The notes under the pieces: generated by a model
Databases searched by the model: none
What the model was told of the DNA's origin: nothing
Seen by the model: only the letters and a program-made list of their open reading frames with translations
Translations under genes and position numbers: made by a program
Origin: a virus
Taxonomy: Duplodnaviria; Caudoviricetes
Reading direction: 5' to 3' (one strand)
Virus record (IMG/VR): IMGVR_UViG_3300042297_000397
Coordinates: 1 to 29,556 of that record
Length of the DNA stretch: 29,556 nt
Part shown: piece after piece, positions 25,483 to 29,556 of the stretch
Layout of the letters: each line of letters begins with the position of its first letter
How positions within the stretch are numbered: position 1 is the stretch's first letter

Positions 25483-25527
25483 TCGGGTCGAAAGCAACGG
25501 AGCATAGACATAACCACCACAAACCAA

Positions 25528-25653
25528 ATGAAAACACAACCAAACAAAGCGCAAAGGGCAGAAGCGTACCAAAATGCTGCCATTTTTATATTGATGGCGT
25601 TGATGCCATTGGTAATTGTAGGACTTAATAAACTAGGCGTTTCACTTTATTAA
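25528..25653 (+). CDS. Small membrane protein (41 aa, not in ORF track)
   Basis: MKTQPNKAQRAEAYQNAAIFILMALMPLVIVGLNKLGVSLY after an AACCAC leader. Confidence 0.7.
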   Translation: MKTQPNKAQRAEAYQNAAIFILMALMPLVIVGLNKLGVSLY

Positions 25654-25664
25654 AAACTAAAACT

Positions 25665-26879
25665 ATGAAACTTTCACTTTTGAGAATGTCAGTCCAATTA
25701 GGATATTTAGACCTTGAAAATAGGAATGGCGAATTGACAGAAACCGTAAGCGGTTACGCTGCCTTTAGTGGTGACTGTCAAGAAATAGACGGTAATTACT
25801 ACCATGCCGAAAAGGACGAGGATGAGTATTGTTTTGATGAATTAAACGATGAATATATACTTTGCTGCGATGCGGTCGAAGTAATAACAGGACGAAGAGG
25901 AAATACAGAAATAACGCATTGCGATAATCGCGATATATTCGAAATTGATGGCAACTATTACACCAGTGACGGGGCACGCGAAAACGGTTTTATTCAGTTG
26001 CATGATGGTGACTGGATTGACGAGGATAACGCCTGCTACGTTGAAAGCGAAGGGGATTACTATCATCAAGATGATTGTTACTATAACGACCGCACGAATG
26101 AGTACCAACTAGAAAGGCCGTCCGAAGGTGAACTTTTCGAATGTAGTTTCTCGGATTATGTCGATAAGTCAACAACGGAAACGAAAATAGGTTTTGAAGT
26201 TGAAAAGGAAGATGCGTCTATACTTGAAAACCTGCATGCGCCCGACTTATTAGATGCAACCGATTGGGCAGCCGTAAGCGATGGCAGTCTAGGTAGTGGC
26301 GGTTTTGAGCTTGTTTCGCCTATTTTCGACCTGCATGATACTAACTTTTTCGCTGAATTTAGCGAAGTAAAAAAGTACTTGAATGCCGATTATTCTGACA
26401 ATTGTGGCGGGCATATAAATTATTCAAACGAATTGGAAACGCCCCGAGAAATGGCTGAGTCAATTTCGGGATACTTACCACTACTTTATGCAATGTATCC
26501 GAAGCGCATTCAGCAAAGATGGTGCATGATGAAACCGAAAAACGAACTTTTAGAAAGTTCAGACAAGTATCAAGCGGTTTGCATGAAACGAAATAGAATA
26601 GAATTTCGGATATTCCCAGCAATAAAGAATTTAGAGCAATTGGTTTGGAGGGCTGAACTAATTAAGATTTTCGACCTTAACAGATGCGAAAGTGAAAGCG
26701 AAGTTCTTTCAGAAATATGCAACCCAACAAGCGAACTGAACAAACATCTTCGCAAAGTTTATGCCGACCTTGAAAAGTTTACTGCAATGGTGCAAAGAGT
26801 AGTCTTTCACATTGTGAACGTGGAAAAAATAGAAGTAAACGAATTAGAAACCATCAAAAAACTAGAGCAATGTGTATAG
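25665..26879 (+). CDS. Putative amidoligase (COOH-NH2 ligase fold) with acidic Cys/His-rich N-terminal repeats
   Basis: IGFEVE, SDGSL, GFELVSP, CGGHINYS, KYQAV and IEFRIF motifs. Confidence 0.82.
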   Translation: MKLSLLRMSVQLGYLDLENRNGELTETVSGYAAFSGDCQEIDGNYYHAEKDEDEYCFDELNDEYILCCDAVEVITGRRGNTEITHCDNRDIFEIDGNYYTSDGARENGFIQLHDGDWIDEDNACYVESEGDYYHQDDCYYNDRTNEYQLERPSEGELFECSFSDYVDKSTTETKIGFEVEKEDASILENLHAPDLLDATDWAAVSDGSLGSGGFELVSPIFDLHDTNFFAEFSEVKKYLNADYSDNCGGHINYSNELETPREMAESISGYLPLLYAMYPKRIQQRWCMMKPKNELLESSDKYQAVCMKRNRIEFRIFPAIKNLEQLVWRAELIKIFDLNRCESESEVLSEICNPTSELNKHLRKVYADLEKFTAMVQRVVFHIVNVEKIEVNELETIKKLEQCV

Positions 26880-27514
26880 CAATCTTAAATTCCAAAAATG
26901 CGCCAATTTTACCTTTTGAAAACTTTGAGGAGTCCTTTTTGAATAATCCTGACGGTTTTGGGATGATATACGTTAAAAAGGGAACGTTGCAAACTTTTAA
27001 GGACATGAGCGAAGATGTAGAACGTTTATATTCTATTTATGCCGATGCAAAGGAAAAGAATGAAGGCAGCAACTTTGCGCTCCATTTTAGAATCGCCACC
27101 AGCGGAAAGGTGAACGCTACCAATTGTCACCCGTTCAACGTAAGCGATAAACTTGCGTTCATACATAACGGAGTAATTGGTAACGGATGTAAGCGATATT
27201 CAGACACCTACCATTTTAATAAAAACGTGCTACAAAAGTTGCCGCAAAATTTCCTTTCAAACAATGGAATTTTAACGCTCGTCGATAGCGCAATCGGACA
27301 TTCAAAACTTATCTTTTTGAATAACGAAAACCGTTTTCACATATCGAACGAGCGTTTAGGACATTGGGACAATGTAGGCAACTGGTTTTCAAATTACTCA
27401 TATTTGCCCTATGTGCCAACACCTAACTATTGGAAGCAAAGGAAAACGAAAATTGACGCAATACAGGACGAAATTTTTGGATACGGCCACGAAGTTGAGC
27501 AATGGAATTTCTAG
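26870..27514 (+). CDS. Class II (Ntn) glutamine amidotransferase
   Basis: N-terminal MC, NPDGFG, HFRIATSG, NCHPF, HNG and SDT. Confidence 0.9.
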   Translation: MCIAILNSKNAPILPFENFEESFLNNPDGFGMIYVKKGTLQTFKDMSEDVERLYSIYADAKEKNEGSNFALHFRIATSGKVNATNCHPFNVSDKLAFIHNGVIGNGCKRYSDTYHFNKNVLQKLPQNFLSNNGILTLVDSAIGHSKLIFLNNENRFHISNERLGHWDNVGNWFSNYSYLPYVPTPNYWKQRKTKIDAIQDEIFGYGHEVEQWNF

Positions 27515-27575
27515 TACGGTTGTGGTGACCAAAGGGGCGCGATAATATCAACCCCCGACCACAATACAAATAAAG

Positions 27576-27598
27576 AAGGGCAGCGATGCCCTTTTTTT
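27576..27598 (+). terminator. Intrinsic terminator with GCGA tetraloop
   Basis: AAGGGCA-GCGA-TGCCCTT followed by T tract. Confidence 0.85.
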
Positions 27599-27956
27599 GT
27601 GCCTTTTTGTAGCGTGCACCTTATTATATATGTAACTATGCGCGACCTGCTCCAGCTTCGTTTGGGCTTCTTTTGCGCTTTGTTAAGACGTTCAAACCGT
27701 TTTCTAGTATAGATGCACCCCAATGCAATTTGAGTAGCTTAGCAACGTGCAAATGTACATTTGCGCCTATTGCCTACCTATTGCGCCCCTAAATTACGCC
27801 CCTACTTAATTTGCACCTTGTTAACGTATCTTCGCGCCTTGTTGGTACTCAACTACATTGCAACGTAGAAAGTCGCTTAGTAACGTGCAAACGTGGCGAA
27901 TATGCCCATGTGAAGTATTTATATTGTTATGAGTTTATAACAACGTGCAAAAAAGT

Positions 27957-28000
27957 AGGTTCTCCCCCCCTCCAAAGGGGGTGCGGGGAAGGCAACCGCA
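27957..28000 (+). other. Putative lambda-like cos site (cosQ plus cosN)
   Basis: AGGTTCT (compare lambda cosQ GGGTCCT), then TGCG-GGGAAGGCAAC-CGCA, about 100 nt upstream of terS. Confidence 0.65.
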
Positions 28001-28100
28001 TCTTGATGTAACTGACCGTTTTCGTCATACTACGCACAAATAAACTTAGATTGACCTATGTTTTCCAAAGTGGTATTTAGTGCGTAATTTCGCCCCTATA

Positions 28101-28652
28101 ATGGCTAGGGCAAGAGTAAACCCATTAAGTGAGGTTATTAGTATAAGAAAGTTTGCAGCCCATATAGGGTGTGTAGAAGGAACTGTGCGCGGTGCTATCC
28201 GAGAAGGGCGTTTAAGCAAGTCCGTAATTAGGGATGAAACTGGCAAGGTTAGCGGTGTGATATGGGCTGATGCGGAAGCGGAGTGGGCAAGGAACTACTC
28301 GCATGGCAAGCATTTGTTATCTAGTGTAGCTGAATCATTAGCCGAGAAACCAACTGGCGAAGCTATAAGGGACATTAACGAAAGTCGTGCTATTAGTGAG
28401 CATTACAAAGCGGAGTTAGCTAGGATTGAGTTAGAGGAAAAGGAAAAGACGGTTGTTAGTGTAGACATGGTCAGGTCGCAACTATTCAACTTCGCCAATG
28501 AGGTTAAGGTGGTATTGCAAGGTATTCCTGACGTTTGCGTAGATGACATTTTGAGTGCGGAGGACAGAGCGGAAGCACATAACATTATGAAATTGGCAAT
28601 TAACAAAGCACTATTAAAACTTACGGAGGTTGTTGAGAGAGATTTTTCATAA
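28101..28652 (+). CDS. terS: Terminase small subunit (Nu1-like)
   Basis: N-terminal HTH (SIRKFAAHIGCVEGTVRGAIREGRL), E.YKAELARIELEEKE..VV.V coiled coil, LQGIPD; TAATTTCG box at 28085 favours ATG 28101. Confidence 0.85.
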   Translation: MARARVNPLSEVISIRKFAAHIGCVEGTVRGAIREGRLSKSVIRDETGKVSGVIWADAEAEWARNYSHGKHLLSSVAESLAEKPTGEAIRDINESRAISEHYKAELARIELEEKEKTVVSVDMVRSQLFNFANEVKVVLQGIPDVCVDDILSAEDRAEAHNIMKLAINKALLKLTEVVERDFS

Positions 28653-28668
28653 CAACAAATAGTTTTTA

Positions 28669-28676
28669 TATCTTTG
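28669..28676 (+). promoter_or_regulatory. -7 promoter box (TATCTTTG)
   Basis: Intergenic, upstream of the sheath ATG. Confidence 0.65.
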
Positions 28677-28695
28677 CGGTCTAACATAGACCAAC

Positions 28696-29556
28696 ATGCC
28701 ACAATTCTTCCACGGTGTTGAAACCATATTAGTGCCAACATCAAGTGCGCCAATCACAACCGTAGCAACTTCGGTAATTGGATTGGTAGGAACTGCCCCA
28801 ATAGGAGCGGTTAACACAATGACGCTAGTAAGTAGCCTACAAGACTGTGAGCAGTTTGGTGGTGACTTATATCCAATGACTATCAATAGGTCGTTGAAGG
28901 CTATCTTTGAACAAGGTGGTGCGCCAGTAATAGTAATTAACGTATTCGACCCTGAAACAATGGCGGACTTAATTACTGCCGAAGCTATCACAATAGCTAA
29001 TGGTCGTGCGCAATTAGACAATGTTGTTTTATTTGATACTGGTGGAGCAACCGTAAATGACCCTGTTGTAAGTGGCGGTTCTCCTTGGGCTACATTTGAT
29101 GAAGGTGATGACTACACGATAGACCAATATGGCGCATTTAGCATTGTTGCTGGTGGAGCGATAGTAGAGGGCGACACGGTGTACGTTACTTACTACACTC
29201 CTGACCCTACTGGGTTGGTATCTTCTGACTTTGTCGGTTCTTCATCTTCTCCGCGAACTGGTTTCAAATTGTTTGTTGAAGCATTGGACACTTTCGGGTT
29301 TAATCCTAAGATTTTGATTTGCCCTGAATATAGCGCAATCCCTGCGGTTGCCGCTGAAATGTCATCAAAAGCAAGCTATTTTAGAGCGGTGTGTTTGGTT
29401 GACGATGAGCAAGGTACAGACCGCGCAGATTTGGTGTCACATAGAACAGCCGCAGGAAACAGTTTTGCAAGCACGTCAAGACGTTTAGTTCCATGCGCTC
29501 CTTGGGTTAAAGCATACGATTATTTAGGTGCAATTGAAATATACCCACTAAGTCCT
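28696..29556 (+). CDS. Contractile tail sheath protein (runs off window; not in ORF track)
   Basis: MPQFFHGVETI...ITTVATSVIGLVGTAP N-terminus, V.VINVFDP, RTG and FGFNPKILICP, as in P2 FI-type sheaths. Confidence 0.92.
   Translation, partial: MPQFFHGVETILVPTSSAPITTVATSVIGLVGTAPIGAVNTMTLVSSLQDCEQFGGDLYPMTINRSLKAIFEQGGAPVIVINVFDPETMADLITAEAITIANGRAQLDNVVLFDTGGATVNDPVVSGGSPWATFDEGDDYTIDQYGAFSIVAGGAIVEGDTVYVTYYTPDPTGLVSSDFVGSSSSPRTGFKLFVEALDTFGFNPKILICPEYSAIPAVAAEMSSKASYFRAVCLVDDEQGTDRADLVSHRTAAGNSFASTSRRLVPCAPWVKAYDYLGAIEIYPLSP

Noticed and set aside
27511-28011. ORFs 27511-27723 (-) and 27811-28011 (+)
   Set aside because: They span terminator, repeat and cos-like DNA, with weak starts and no protein features.
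1236-29021. Numerous minus-strand and alternate-frame ORFs in the track
   Set aside because: They overlap well-supported + strand genes and have no motifs, so they are treated as shadow ORFs.
1-29556. Stop-codon reassignment
   Set aside because: Genes are intact and densely packed in the standard code, and TAA, TAG and TGA all end genes.

Overview
About 29.5 kb of a tailed dsDNA phage genome. The host is probably in Bacteroidota, inferred from TAnnTTTG -7 promoter boxes, A-rich leaders without Shine-Dalgarno sites, and a DUF3127-type SSB. All credible genes lie on the + strand, and I see no integrase, repressor, tRNA or CRISPR array. Gene order: 3' end of a lambda GpA-type terminase, gpW, portal, protease-scaffold-capsid fusion, DUF2190, head-tail joining protein, a Gp37-like protein fused to a long adhesin, a second adhesin, holin, DEDD exonuclease, a non-coding control region, early genes, a repeat-rich origin, Prim-Pol/DUF3987, SF2 helicase, VRR-NUC, GP88, recombination genes, a DUF5675 L,D-peptidase split by an HNH gene, a gpZ-like gene, an amidoligase plus glutamine amidotransferase cassette, a lambda-like cos site, small terminase and the start of a contractile tail sheath. 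Best candidates for new biology: (1) a promoter- and terminator-bounded small RNA whose 11-nt loop is complementary to the AACCACAAA leader shared by the putative early transcripts; (2) a putative endolysin split between its His and Cys catalytic motifs by a non-intronic HNH cassette; (3) a dense array of unrelated operator-like palindromes; (4) a tail-terminator/adhesin fusion. Family assignments come from motif recognition by eye; no searches were run.
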